DNA of 64,000 bases from the IMG/VR virus record IMGVR_UViG_3300025634_000001, positions 32,001-96,000 of that record; one strand, written 5' to 3'. The notes beneath the pieces are model-generated. The model was not told where the DNA came from. It ran no database searches and worked only from the letters and a program-made list of their open reading frames with translations. Source of the stretch: a virus. A program made the translations under genes and the position numbers. Below, in pieces: positions 1 to 9,155 of this stretch; the stretch's first letter is position 1; every line of letters starts with the position of its first letter.

Positions 1-1
1 C

Positions 2-187
2 CCCGCACCCGTCCTCCCGTACCGCGAATGGCGGATCGGCCGGTATGAGTTCCGCTGGACCCGCAGCCGTGGCCGCTGGACGGTCCAGACCGCGGAGGGC
101 ACCGGGATGATGTGCGGCGCGGCCGGCTACCGGACCCCTGTCGCCGCGTTCTTCGCTACGTGGCGCACCCTCCGGAGGCAAGCGTGA
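2..187 (+). CDS. Hypothetical protein, 5'-truncated by window edge
   Basis: Open frame PAPVLPYREWRIGRYEFRW...LRRQA* with GC-rich third positions; stop overlaps next GTG. Confidence 0.55.
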   Translation, partial: PAPVLPYREWRIGRYEFRWTRSRGRWTVQTAEGTGMMCGAAGYRTPVAAFFATWRTLRRQA

Positions 188-285
188 AAATCTGCGCTGC
201 ATGCCGCGAGCCCTGGCCGTCTGAGTGCATCTGCGACGACGACGAACCGGACGCCCCCCAGGACGACAGCGAGGACGCGGCATGA
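184..285 (+). CDS. Small Cys-containing acidic protein
   Basis: MKICAACREPWPSECICDDDE...; GGAGG upstream; GTGA/ATGA coupling on both sides. Confidence 0.5.
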   Translation: MKICAACREPWPSECICDDDEPDAPQDDSEDAA

Positions 286-479
286 CCATCATCACCGCAG
301 CTGAAGCCCGGCCCGGAGACGTCCTCCTGGACGAGTCCGAGAAGGTGTGGCAGCGGGGCTCCGAGCTGTACTTCTGGGCGACGTTCGACGGCCCTGTCGG
401 CTTCTACGGCCCGTGGGATCCCTCGTACGGACCTCAGGGACCGCTGTTCCTCCTGGTCCGCGGCGGGAGGCGGGTGTGA
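282..479 (+). CDS. Hypothetical protein
   Basis: MTIITAAEARPGDVLLD...; ATGA overlap with upstream stop, GAGG RBS. Confidence 0.65.
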   Translation: MTIITAAEARPGDVLLDESEKVWQRGSELYFWATFDGPVGFYGPWDPSYGPQGPLFLLVRGGRRV

Positions 480-742
480 GCGACAGCCTGCCCACCGCCT
501 ACTGCGCGACCGGCCGCAAGGACGCCTCCGCCCTGCTCCTGGTCCTCAAGGACGAGCCGGTAGCCGGCGTCATCGAGTCCGCGCTGATCGAGGGCCCGGA
601 CGTGATCCTCGTCAGCCCGCAGGCGGACCTGTCCGGACCCGTGAAGCTCGAGCCCGTCCCGCGGTCGCGGCTTGAGGCTATGGCCCGGCTGCGGCACTGG
701 CCGGTACCGCCGTCGCCGCTCGTGCTGACCGCCGTCATCTAG
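476..742 (+). CDS. Hypothetical protein
   Basis: GTG start after GGAGG, GTGA overlap; MSDSLPTAYC... Confidence 0.6.
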   Translation: MSDSLPTAYCATGRKDASALLLVLKDEPVAGVIESALIEGPDVILVSPQADLSGPVKLEPVPRSRLEAMARLRHWPVPPSPLVLTAVI

Positions 743-751
743 GCTCACGTC

Positions 752-913
752 ATGCCCGACCCTGCTGCCGACCCCATCGCATCCGAGGACTCCGCTTACG
801 TCACCATCGTGGCCGAGTTCGAGGGCTACCGCCGTGCTGGAGCGGGACTGTTCGGGGCTGCTGTCCTGACGTGGGCTAAGCACCTGCTGGCCGGCACGTC
901 CGGGGAGTCATAG
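752..913 (+). CDS. Small hypothetical protein
   Basis: MPDPAADPIASEDSAYVTIVAEFEGYRRAG... fills the gap with typical codon use. Confidence 0.45.
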   Translation: MPDPAADPIASEDSAYVTIVAEFEGYRRAGAGLFGAAVLTWAKHLLAGTSGES

Positions 914-937
914 CCGTATACCTGTATGCTTAAACGT

Positions 938-1291
938 ATGGCCAGACCCAAGAGCCCGGACGGCAAGCGCGTCCCGATGTCCACCCGGTTCAGCGAACCC
1001 GAAGCCGCCGCCATCGACGCGGCGCGCGGCAACACGGATCGCTCGGTATGGCTTCGCGAGGTAGCGCTTGCCGCCGCCCGCTCTTCGGGTCGCAAGCCGC
1101 TGCCGACCGACGTCATCACCATCACCGCGGACGACCGGATGCCTCCCGGCACTGCCGCTCTCGTCAGCCGGGGCAAGGTCACCGCGTTCAACATCGGCGC
1201 CACCCCTGAGCCTGCCCGCAAGTCCGCCGCCTGCCCCCACCGTCTCCCTGTCGGTGCCTACTGCAAGACATGCGGGCGGACCAAGACCTGA
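938..1291 (+). CDS. Ribbon-helix-helix-like DNA-binding protein with C-terminal Cys/His motif
   Basis: MARPKS...VPMSTRFSEPEAAAIDAARG..RSVWLRE; CPH..CKTC tail; -10-like TATGCT 7 nt before ATG (leaderless). Confidence 0.65.
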   Translation: MARPKSPDGKRVPMSTRFSEPEAAAIDAARGNTDRSVWLREVALAAARSSGRKPLPTDVITITADDRMPPGTAALVSRGKVTAFNIGATPEPARKSAACPHRLPVGAYCKTCGRTKT

Positions 1292-1306
1292 CGTGCGGGA
1301 GGCTGC

Positions 1307-1840
1307 GTGCCTGTCGAACGGCTCGGCGAGCGTGACGTCCAGATCTCAGCGCTGACCTTCTTCCCCGGCAACGCCCGTCGCGGCAACCTCGCCGAGATCC
1401 GCAAGTCCGTCCGCCGCCTCGGCCAGTACCGCTCGGTAGCCGTCCGCGACACAGGCGACGCCCTCGTCATCCTCGCTGGCAACCACACCGTCCAGGCGAT
1501 GCAGGCCGAGGGCTTCGAGACGGTGCACTGCGGTGTCATCCGCTGCACCGACGACGAGGCCCGGCGGGTGGCGGTAGCGGACAACAAGATGGCGGAACTG
1601 GGCGGCTACGACGACGACGCCCTCGCCGAACTGCTGTCGTACCTGGATGACGACTACGACGGCAGCGGCTGGACCGAATCGGAAGTCGAGCGGCTGATCA
1701 ATCCCGAGCTGCCGGACGGGTTCCGCGAGTTCGACGAGGACGACGCCGGCGATGCGCCGCTGTCCATCCCGCTGATCGTGCCGTGCCCCAACTGCGGGCA
1801 TGTCTTCGACGCCAAGGCCGTCACTGCCCGCGATGACTGA
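1307..1840 (+). CDS. ParB/Srx-like N-terminal domain protein with C-terminal zinc ribbon
   Basis: PGNARRG..IRKS..GQYR..ILAGNHT..ADN pattern; CPNCG at C-terminus. Confidence 0.85.
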   Translation: MPVERLGERDVQISALTFFPGNARRGNLAEIRKSVRRLGQYRSVAVRDTGDALVILAGNHTVQAMQAEGFETVHCGVIRCTDDEARRVAVADNKMAELGGYDDDALAELLSYLDDDYDGSGWTESEVERLINPELPDGFREFDEDDAGDAPLSIPLIVPCPNCGHVFDAKAVTARDD

Positions 1841-2909
1841 CTACCCGGCCACGCTCCGCGCCGCATGGCGGGACCACCTCGCACCGCGTGCCCCAGATGC
1901 ACCGACCGTCATATCGACGTTCGCTGGCTGTGGCGGCTCATCCCTCGGCTGGTCGATGGCCGGGTACCGGGAGCTGCTCGCCGTCGAATGGGATGATCAC
2001 GCGGCCGAGGTGTTCAGGCTCAACTTCCCGGACGTGCCGCTGCATCATGGCGACATCGCTCACGTGGATCCCAGCCGGCTCGGACTGGAGCCCGGCGAGC
2101 TTGACGTGCTTGACGGTTCGCCGCCATGCCAGGGATTCTCCCAACTCGGCCGCCGCCAACTCGATGATCCCCGCAACCAGCTATTCCGTCAGTTCATCCG
2201 GCTGCTCAGCGCATGGCAGCCGAGGGCCTTCGTGATGGAAAATGTCGCCGGCCTCGTAGAGGGTCCCATGCTGCCGCTATTCGCGGAGATGATGACCGAA
2301 CTGAAGGCGGCAGGCTACCGGGCCGCCGCCCGGCTGGTCGATGCCTCATACATCGGAGTGCCACAGCGGCGCAGGCGGCTGATCTTCACCGGAGTACGCG
2401 CCGATCTCGCGCTAGACCCGGTGCATCCTGTACCCAGCATGCGGCCGGTCACTGTGCGCCAAGCATGGGCGCGCCTTGATGATCCCGGCCTTTTCGATGT
2501 GCCAACCGGGAAGGGTATGGCGGTCGCCCGACTGACCAAACCGGGCGGACAGGGCTCCGATGCGCTCTATGCGCGAGGCGGGAAGCGCTCCCATTGGGGA
2601 TGCAAGCGCCTCGCCTGGGATCGGTCATCCAACACGATCAGCAAGGAGACCCGCGCCGGCGCGGGTGCCGGATTCCTGCACCCCTCCGAAGATCGGTTCT
2701 GCGGCGTGCGCGAACTAGCCCGGCTCCAGTCCTTCCCCGATGAGTTCGACTGGGGCGACGGCACCTACAAGCAGATCCACGCCCGCATCGGCAACAGCGT
2801 CCCGCCGCTGATGATGCGGGCGGTCGCTACCGAGATCCGAGACAAGATCCTGCATTCCGCGCGTGTCCTGGAGGACGGCACCACCGAGCCCGTCTCGTTC
2901 GCCAGCTAG
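1833..2909 (+). CDS. DNA (cytosine-5)-methyltransferase
   Basis: Motifs FAGCGG (I), GSPPCQGFS (IV), ENV (VI), QRRRR (VIII), GNSVPP (X); ATG 1833 overlaps ParB end. Confidence 0.95.
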   Translation: MTDYPATLRAAWRDHLAPRAPDAPTVISTFAGCGGSSLGWSMAGYRELLAVEWDDHAAEVFRLNFPDVPLHHGDIAHVDPSRLGLEPGELDVLDGSPPCQGFSQLGRRQLDDPRNQLFRQFIRLLSAWQPRAFVMENVAGLVEGPMLPLFAEMMTELKAAGYRAAARLVDASYIGVPQRRRRLIFTGVRADLALDPVHPVPSMRPVTVRQAWARLDDPGLFDVPTGKGMAVARLTKPGGQGSDALYARGGKRSHWGCKRLAWDRSSNTISKETRAGAGAGFLHPSEDRFCGVRELARLQSFPDEFDWGDGTYKQIHARIGNSVPPLMMRAVATEIRDKILHSARVLEDGTTEPVSFAS

Positions 2910-2956
2910 CCCGATTCACTGAATCCCAAGCAACCCTGAACTGCGGGAGGTGACCG

Positions 2957-3436
2957 ATGGCCCGTAAGCGGTCCCTCGCCACCCGCGAGTCAGACGCCCG
3001 CGCCCTGGAGTTCCGCCGCCGCGGCCTGTCCTATGAGCAGATCTCCGCCCAGATGGAATGGCGTTCCCCGTCCGCCGCCCACCAGGCCGTGCAGCGTGCC
3101 CTCGCCGACAGTGCCCGCGAGGCCGGCGAGGAAGTCCGCCAGATCGAAGCGGCAAGGCTGGACGAGCTCACCCGGACCCTGATGCGGGTGCTCGCCACCA
3201 AGCACTATGTCGTCTCGGTCGCCTCGGGAGTCGTCGCACGCCACCCCGAGACCGGGCAGCTGCTCCAGGACGACGCGCCGGTCATCCATGCTATCGCCGG
3301 GCTCGTGCGCATCAGCGAGCGGCGGTCGAAGCTCCTCGGCCTTGACGCACCGAAGCAGGTTGAGGTCCGCACAATTGACGCCATCGACTCCCGCCTCATC
3401 GAGCTTGCGGACCAGATGGCAGCAGTGGACGCCTGA
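2957..3436 (+). CDS. Terminase small subunit (N-terminal HTH)
   Basis: ALEFRRRGLSYEQIS HTH, ERRSKLLGLDAP motif, directly upstream of TerL; GGAGG RBS. Confidence 0.8.
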   Translation: MARKRSLATRESDARALEFRRRGLSYEQISAQMEWRSPSAAHQAVQRALADSAREAGEEVRQIEAARLDELTRTLMRVLATKHYVVSVASGVVARHPETGQLLQDDAPVIHAIAGLVRISERRSKLLGLDAPKQVEVRTIDAIDSRLIELADQMAAVDA

Positions 3437-4904
3437 GCGGCGCCGCGAGTTCCTCCGCAGGCTAGACGCGGAGGAACGTGAACGGCTGCTCGCGGTCCTC
3501 GACGCCCCCGAGCCGGGACCGCCCTGGACGCAGATCGCCCGGCCCGAGCAGCTCCCGCCCGATGGCGACTGGCTGCTGTGGCTCTACATGGCCGGCCGAG
3601 GCGCTGGCAAGACCAGGGCCGCAGCGGAATGGGTTCACGGCCGGGCGCAGGCTTACCCCGGCTGCCGCATAGCGCTGGTAGGCCGTACCCCTGCAGACGT
3701 CCGTGACGTCATGATCGAGGGCGACTCCGGCATCCTGTCTGTCGCGAGGGATGCCCGGCCCGCCTACCAGCCGACGAAGCGGCGCCTGACGTGGCCGAAC
3801 GGGTCGATGGCCTACACCTACTCGGCTGAGGTTCCCGCGCAGCTCCGGGGCCCGCAGCATCACTACGCGTGGTGTGACGAGCCCGCGTCGTGGACTGACG
3901 CCCGCAAGGGCGACGTGCTGGACACCGCGTGGAACAACCTGATGCTGGGGCTGCGGCTCGGCCGGTCGCCGCGGTGCGCGGCCACGACCACGCCGAAGCC
4001 GCTGGCGCTCATCCGCACGCTGCTCGGCCGCCCGACGACGGTCGTGACCAAGGGCAGTACCTACGACAACCTCGACAACCTCGCGCCGTCGTTCCGCGCT
4101 GAAGTGCTGGCCGCGTACGAGGGAACCCGGATCGGCCGGCAGGAACTTCTCGGGGAACTGCTCGAGGACGTCGAGGGCGCGCTGTGGACGCTGGCGCTGC
4201 TCGACGGGAACCGCGTCACGTCCGCGCCGGACATGCGGCGCATCGTCGTCAGCATCGACCCCTCTGGCGGGTCGGGCCCTGACAATGACGAGCAGGGCAT
4301 CATCGTCGCCGGCCTCGGTGTCGACGGCGAGATCTACATTCTCGCGGACAGGTCATGCCGCCTCTCGCCGCACGGCTGGGCATCGCGTGCCGTCGGCGCA
4401 TGGCAGGAGTTCAGCGCCGACCGGATCGTGGCCGAGAAGAACTACGGCGGGGACATGGTGGAGTCCACCATCCGGCAGGTCTCCAAGGTGGTCCCCGTCA
4501 AGGTCATCACCGCCTCGCGTGGCAAGGTCCAGCGGGCCGAGCCGGTCGCGGCGGCTTACGAGCAGGGCCGCGTGCATCACGTCGGGGCGATGGCCAAGCT
4601 TGAGGACCAGCTGACGACGTGGACCCCCGCTGACGGGACGAGCCCGGACCGCCTAGACGCCTTGGTGTGGGCCGTGACAGAGCTGACGGACAACTTCAGT
4701 GCCGACGCCTGGATCGCATGGGCGAAACGCAAGGCCGAGGAAGCCGCCGCCGACCGGGACGCACCCCCGGAACCCCGCGCGAACGGCGCCGTGCCCGCCG
4801 CTGAGACGCCACCCGGACCAGACGCGGACGTTGTTCCCCTCACCCCGGCTGAAGCCCGCAGGGCGGCGAGGAACGCTGCGTTCGCGGCTGGCTCGTGGAC
4901 CTAG
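3375..4904 (+). CDS. terL: Terminase large subunit
   Basis: Walker A AGRGAGKT, Walker B WCDE, TTTP coupling motif, nuclease IDPS...SPDRLDALVWA; probable TTG start at 3375 after GAGG. Confidence 0.95.
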   Translation: MTPSTPASSSLRTRWQQWTPERRREFLRRLDAEERERLLAVLDAPEPGPPWTQIARPEQLPPDGDWLLWLYMAGRGAGKTRAAAEWVHGRAQAYPGCRIALVGRTPADVRDVMIEGDSGILSVARDARPAYQPTKRRLTWPNGSMAYTYSAEVPAQLRGPQHHYAWCDEPASWTDARKGDVLDTAWNNLMLGLRLGRSPRCAATTTPKPLALIRTLLGRPTTVVTKGSTYDNLDNLAPSFRAEVLAAYEGTRIGRQELLGELLEDVEGALWTLALLDGNRVTSAPDMRRIVVSIDPSGGSGPDNDEQGIIVAGLGVDGEIYILADRSCRLSPHGWASRAVGAWQEFSADRIVAEKNYGGDMVESTIRQVSKVVPVKVITASRGKVQRAEPVAAAYEQGRVHHVGAMAKLEDQLTTWTPADGTSPDRLDALVWAVTELTDNFSADAWIAWAKRKAEEAAADRDAPPEPRANGAVPAAETPPGPDADVVPLTPAEARRAARNAAFAAGSWT

Positions 4905-4913
4905 GATGCTGCC

Positions 4914-5267
4914 ATGACTGGCGGCGAGGACATGGACGCGTTCGAGGCCGAGCTAAAGCGGCGCGGTGACGCATTGCTCGCTGGCCGTAACTTCGGCTAT
5001 CCCGAGGACTACTGCGACCCCGCGTACGACGGCACTCCCGCAGGCTTCCGTGACGTGGTGATCCCGGCACGGCTCAAGGCGCTGGAGCGGTCGATCAACG
5101 AGACGTTCGCGGACCTGCTGCCGGAAGGCTGCCGGTTCGAGTACGCCCCCGTCGAACCATCGCGGACTGAGCGTGTCGCGGACCTGGTCCGCAATGGCCA
5201 CCTGAATGACGCCTCGGATCGGGTGGACTGGCGCGCAGCACTAAGCCTGCTACCCGACGAGGACTAG
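4914..5267 (+). CDS. Hypothetical protein (leaderless)
   Basis: ORF between terL and portal; TAGGAT 6 nt before ATG. Confidence 0.6.
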   Translation: MTGGEDMDAFEAELKRRGDALLAGRNFGYPEDYCDPAYDGTPAGFRDVVIPARLKALERSINETFADLLPEGCRFEYAPVEPSRTERVADLVRNGHLNDASDRVDWRAALSLLPDED

Positions 5268-5485
5268 GGCGCCGCGGCCCCCTCGCCGCCGTCTTTGACC
5301 GTCCACGTTCCCGTCTCCCGGTACTCGGCATGCTCCCGGCGGCACTCACCGCACATGACCTCATTGACGGTGCCGTGCCACGTGCACACCCACGGGACCG
5401 GCTGCGGGAGACGCGGGATCAGGTTCCACATCGGCTCGTGCGGCAGCGTGGCCACGTACCGCGCGTAGTCCTCCCGATAGCTCAT
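5264..5485 (-). CDS. Small antisense hypothetical protein (CxxH...CxxC)
   Basis: MSYREDYARY...; stop overlaps upstream stop (CTAG); -10-like CATGAT 6 nt before ATG. Confidence 0.6.
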   Translation of the reverse strand: MSYREDYARYVATLPHEPMWNLIPRLPQPVPWVCTWHGTVNEVMCGECRREHAEYRETGTWTVKDGGEGAAAP

Positions 5486-5516
5486 CCGCCCATCATGGCA
5501 GCGAGGGGGCGGCTGA

Positions 5517-8500
5517 ATGGGCGTCCGCACTCGCATCGGGAACGGCCTGACCCGCGTGGCGAAGACCTTCGGCACGTCGGTACCGGAGTCCTTCACGCAG
5601 GGTGAAGCCGCCAGCCAGATGACCCCGGCGTCCCCGTTCAGCCCCGGCACGCCCATCGGCCCGTACGACGGCTACGACCGGCACACCCGCCAGTTCAATT
5701 TCCAGACCGGCTACAACATCAGCACCCGGCCGCGGCTTCACGAGGCAGTGTCGTTCTCCACGCTCTCTGGCTTGGTAGAGTCTTACGATGTGGCTCAAAT
5801 ATGCTGCACGCCAAAGACTGAGATCATCACCAAGCGCGGCCTCGTCCCGATTGAGGACGTAGTTGTCGGCGATGAGGTAATCACGCACCTGGGCCGCTGG
5901 CGGCGCGTAACCGAGACGATGGTCAACAGGCCGCATACTCCCGTGCGGACGATGAAGACGAGCGCGTTCGAGGATCTGTCGGTCACCGGCAACCATCCTG
6001 TCTATGCGGTTGACTATGGCCTGAGTCAGACCAATAGGCGCGCAGCCAAGGGGATCGGCTGGGTTAGCGCCGACCGGTTGCGTCCGCGAGGGCCGAAGTC
6101 CCCCGGCAACCGCCGCTTTGACGGGCTTGTACTGCCCGCGCTCGCCTTCCCAGACGGATGCCCCGTACTCGACATAGGGACGATTGCCGGGGACGCATAC
6201 ACGGCCAACCCTGACGGAATGCTGGTCCGGACCCTCGGGGGACGGCTCACGCCGGTTCCCGCTCAGGTCAAGATGGACGCCGCCCTCGGCCGGCTGCTCG
6301 GCTGGTACCTGGCCGAGGGGTCGCAGGGCCATAACCGCGACGTACATTTCACCCTGGGTGCGGGCGAGCGCGATTACGCAGAGCAGATCGTCGCCGACGC
6401 CACCGCCGTTTTCGGCCTGGGTGGCACCATTAGTCCGGTGACCGGGGGCGCCAGCCTAGGCGTCCGCATCCACTCGACTATCCTCGCGTCGCTGTTCCGT
6501 TGCGGCACTGCGCACACCAAGCGGCTGCCGGAGTGGGCGTGGGCCGGCGGCCGGGAGTTCTTCACCGCCATGCTTGAGGCGTGGGCCCTCGGTGACGGCT
6601 GCCGCAGTATCCGCGAGGGCAAGGAAAACTGGTCACCCCGCATCATGGTGATCACTGTCTCGCGGGACCTGGCCTGGCAGATGCGGATGATCGCGATCGC
6701 CCTTGGCCTGTCTGCGTCCGTGGTCACCTCGCGGGGGCGCGACAAATACAAGTCCTCCGTCATCAACGGGCGAGAGCTTGCCAGTTCACCCATCTGCTAC
6801 CGGGTGGAATGGCGAGAGAAGCCGACCCGCTGGGGCCGTGAGTCCTTCGAGTTCGATGGCCGGTACCTCGCGACCGCGCTCGTCTCCGCCGAGCAGTCGG
6901 ACTACGACGGCCCGGTCTACAACCTCGAAGTCGAGGAAGACGAGTCCTACGTCACGACCGGCGGCACTGTCCACAACTGCATCTGGCATCGCATCGACTC
7001 CATCCGGTCCCTCGACTGGAAGCTGCTCCCGGCTGAGGGCTACAAGGGCGATGTCACCGACGCGATCCCGCTGGGCCTCGCCGCGCTGAAGAAGCCTGAC
7101 CGGAAGAACTACTTCAAGACGTGGCTCGCGAAGTACCTGTACGACATCCTCGCGTGGGACGCGGGAGCGATGTACCGGCTGCGGAACCGCGGCGGCCGGT
7201 GCATCGGCCTGCAGCCGGTTGACGGCCGGACCATCGCGCCGCTGCTCGACTACTGGGGCAACTCCCCCGACGAGCCCGCCGAGGCTTACGTCCAGTACGT
7301 CAACGGCCTGCCGTGGAACTGGCTGACCCGCGCGGACCTGATCTACGAGCCGTTCCGCCCGGTGACGAATTCCCCGTACGGGCGCCCGCCGATCGAGTCC
7401 GTGATCCTCAACGCGAACACGGACCTGCGGTTCCAGGCGTACTTTTTGCAGCGTTTCACCGCCGGGAACCTTCCCGCCGCGTTCGCGTCATCGCCTGAGT
7501 CGTGGTCACCGGACCAGATCGAGCAGTTCCAGAGCTACTGGGACGCCATGCTGTACGGCGACCAGGCCGGCAAGCACCAGATCAAGTGGATGCCGGGCGG
7601 CACCAAGATCGCCTGGTCTGATGAGAAGGACTTCTCGGACCAGTTCTCGCTGTTCATGATGCGGAAGACCTGCAGCGCCTATCACGTGGTGCCATCTGAC
7701 CTGGGCTTTACCGAGTCAGTGAACCGCTCGTCTGGCGAGTCGCAGGCCGACGTGCAGCACCGTGTCGGCGACCTGCCGCTGATGGAGCATGTCGAGGAAA
7801 TCGTCTCGATGTTCCTGCAGGACGACCTGGGCCTCCCGCTGCGGCAGGAGTTCGACCGCGGCGAGGAGCAGGTTGACCAGTACGCCCAGGCGCAGGCCGA
7901 TGTGCTGTACATGGACCGCGCGGTGGTGGGCTCGTCCGAGATCCGGGAGATCCGCTACGGCCTGACCGACACGACGCCGGTCCCGCGCTCGTTCTTCACG
8001 ACCCGCGCCGGCCCCATCCCGCTGTCGTCGCTGATGGCTGTTGCCGGGGCAGTGGACCCGGTGACCGCCGCCCCGGAACCGGGCGCCCCGCTGCCTCACC
8101 AGGTGTTCGAGGAGGCTCCGGGTGTCGCCCCGAACCCGCCGCTGTACGGGCAGCCGCTCGCGGAGGAGATCTACGGCCCGTCGGCTATCCCGGCGCACAC
8201 GGAGACGCAATCCACGATGCCGGTCGCCAAGGAAGGCGAAGGCGCGGGGATCACGGCGGAGACGGGGATCTACAGCTACGACCTCGACGGCAAGGACGAC
8301 GACGAACCGCGCACGGCAGAGACCAGTCTCCTGAAGCCGGCCGACTCGCAGGCGGTCATCAAGTCTGAGCTCGCTGCTTTCCGCCGCTTTGAGCGCACCC
8401 GGCGCAAGTCTGGTGAGTGGCGGGACTTCAAGTTCAGTGCCGTCGCTGACGTGCAGGCCCACAACCTCAACGACGACGGCAGGCTCGCTGTCCGCAAGGC

Positions 8501-8594
8501 TACGGGTGAGGTGGCCGTCGCGGGGCTCGCGGTGATGGCTGCGGACACGGGACGAGTGCTGATGCTTCAGCGAGCGCTAGATCCCGAGGATTAG
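5517..8594 (+). CDS. Portal protein with intein; C-terminus carries the first strands of a NUDIX domain
   Basis: Portal motifs (YVQYVNG, SPYGRPPIE, CSAYHVVPSDLG, NRSSGESQ); ends AGLAVMAADTGRVLMLQRALDPED. Confidence 0.9.
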   Translation: MGVRTRIGNGLTRVAKTFGTSVPESFTQGEAASQMTPASPFSPGTPIGPYDGYDRHTRQFNFQTGYNISTRPRLHEAVSFSTLSGLVESYDVAQICCTPKTEIITKRGLVPIEDVVVGDEVITHLGRWRRVTETMVNRPHTPVRTMKTSAFEDLSVTGNHPVYAVDYGLSQTNRRAAKGIGWVSADRLRPRGPKSPGNRRFDGLVLPALAFPDGCPVLDIGTIAGDAYTANPDGMLVRTLGGRLTPVPAQVKMDAALGRLLGWYLAEGSQGHNRDVHFTLGAGERDYAEQIVADATAVFGLGGTISPVTGGASLGVRIHSTILASLFRCGTAHTKRLPEWAWAGGREFFTAMLEAWALGDGCRSIREGKENWSPRIMVITVSRDLAWQMRMIAIALGLSASVVTSRGRDKYKSSVINGRELASSPICYRVEWREKPTRWGRESFEFDGRYLATALVSAEQSDYDGPVYNLEVEEDESYVTTGGTVHNCIWHRIDSIRSLDWKLLPAEGYKGDVTDAIPLGLAALKKPDRKNYFKTWLAKYLYDILAWDAGAMYRLRNRGGRCIGLQPVDGRTIAPLLDYWGNSPDEPAEAYVQYVNGLPWNWLTRADLIYEPFRPVTNSPYGRPPIESVILNANTDLRFQAYFLQRFTAGNLPAAFASSPESWSPDQIEQFQSYWDAMLYGDQAGKHQIKWMPGGTKIAWSDEKDFSDQFSLFMMRKTCSAYHVVPSDLGFTESVNRSSGESQADVQHRVGDLPLMEHVEEIVSMFLQDDLGLPLRQEFDRGEEQVDQYAQAQADVLYMDRAVVGSSEIREIRYGLTDTTPVPRSFFTTRAGPIPLSSLMAVAGAVDPVTAAPEPGAPLPHQVFEEAPGVAPNPPLYGQPLAEEIYGPSAIPAHTETQSTMPVAKEGEGAGITAETGIYSYDLDGKDDDEPRTAETSLLKPADSQAVIKSELAAFRRFERTRRKSGEWRDFKFSAVADVQAHNLNDDGRLAVRKATGEVAVAGLAVMAADTGRVLMLQRALDPED
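5802..6977 (+). mobile_element. Intein with LAGLIDADG (DOD) homing endonuclease, 392 aa
   Basis: Starts CCTPKTEI, block B VTGNHPV, LLGWYLAEGS and AWALGDG endonuclease blocks, ends VYNLEVEEDESY...VHN followed by Cys+1. Confidence 0.93.
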
Positions 8595-9127
8595 CGGCCA
8601 TCGGGTGCCGTCGTCCCCGCGAGGATCCCGGCCCGCACGGCTGCGTACCGGTCGACTGGCGGCCGGCGCACTGGCACCGACAGCTCCAGGATGACCGACT
8701 CCCATTCGGCGCCCTGCTCTACGGCCTCGGCGGGTACTTCGCGGGAACGGCAGGGCGCATCGACGTCATCGGCGCCCGGGTAGAAGAACCGGTCCATGTA
8801 CATCAGCGCCTCGGCGGGCAGCGCAAGCGGAATGTATCCCTGCTGGGCAACGGTGTCGATCAGCTTGTGCCGCATGTCGTGCCGGATGTGCTCGCGGTAT
8901 GCGTCGATCGCCCACTCGTGCTTGAGAGCCGCCTGCCGGATATGCAGGACGCTGTCGCTGAAGGACAGTGCTACCTCGGCGATGAGTCGGGCCTGATGCT
9001 CGGCCACGCTGATGCCCTGGAGCCACGCTGCCATCTGGACGGCCTCGGTAACGCTGTGGGCGCGCTGCCTGATGTGGGCGCACTTCTCCTGGTCCGACAT
9101 ATGAGGGTACGGAATCTCGGGTGCCAT
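8591..9127 (-). CDS. Hypothetical protein inserted between the two halves of the NUDIX domain
   Basis: MAPEIPYPHMSD...; TACGAT 7 nt before ATG; TAA overlaps portal TAG. Confidence 0.7.
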   Translation of the reverse strand: MAPEIPYPHMSDQEKCAHIRQRAHSVTEAVQMAAWLQGISVAEHQARLIAEVALSFSDSVLHIRQAALKHEWAIDAYREHIRHDMRHKLIDTVAQQGYIPLALPAEALMYMDRFFYPGADDVDAPCRSREVPAEAVEQGAEWESVILELSVPVRRPPVDRYAAVRAGILAGTTAPDGR

Positions 9128-9155
9128 GCCCTGAATCGTAGCCACGGGAGGGCGC

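Noticed and set aside
3207-3374. N-terminal extension of terL in the ORF track
   Set aside because: Overlaps terS out of frame and is Ser/Arg-rich; TTG 3375 has an RBS.
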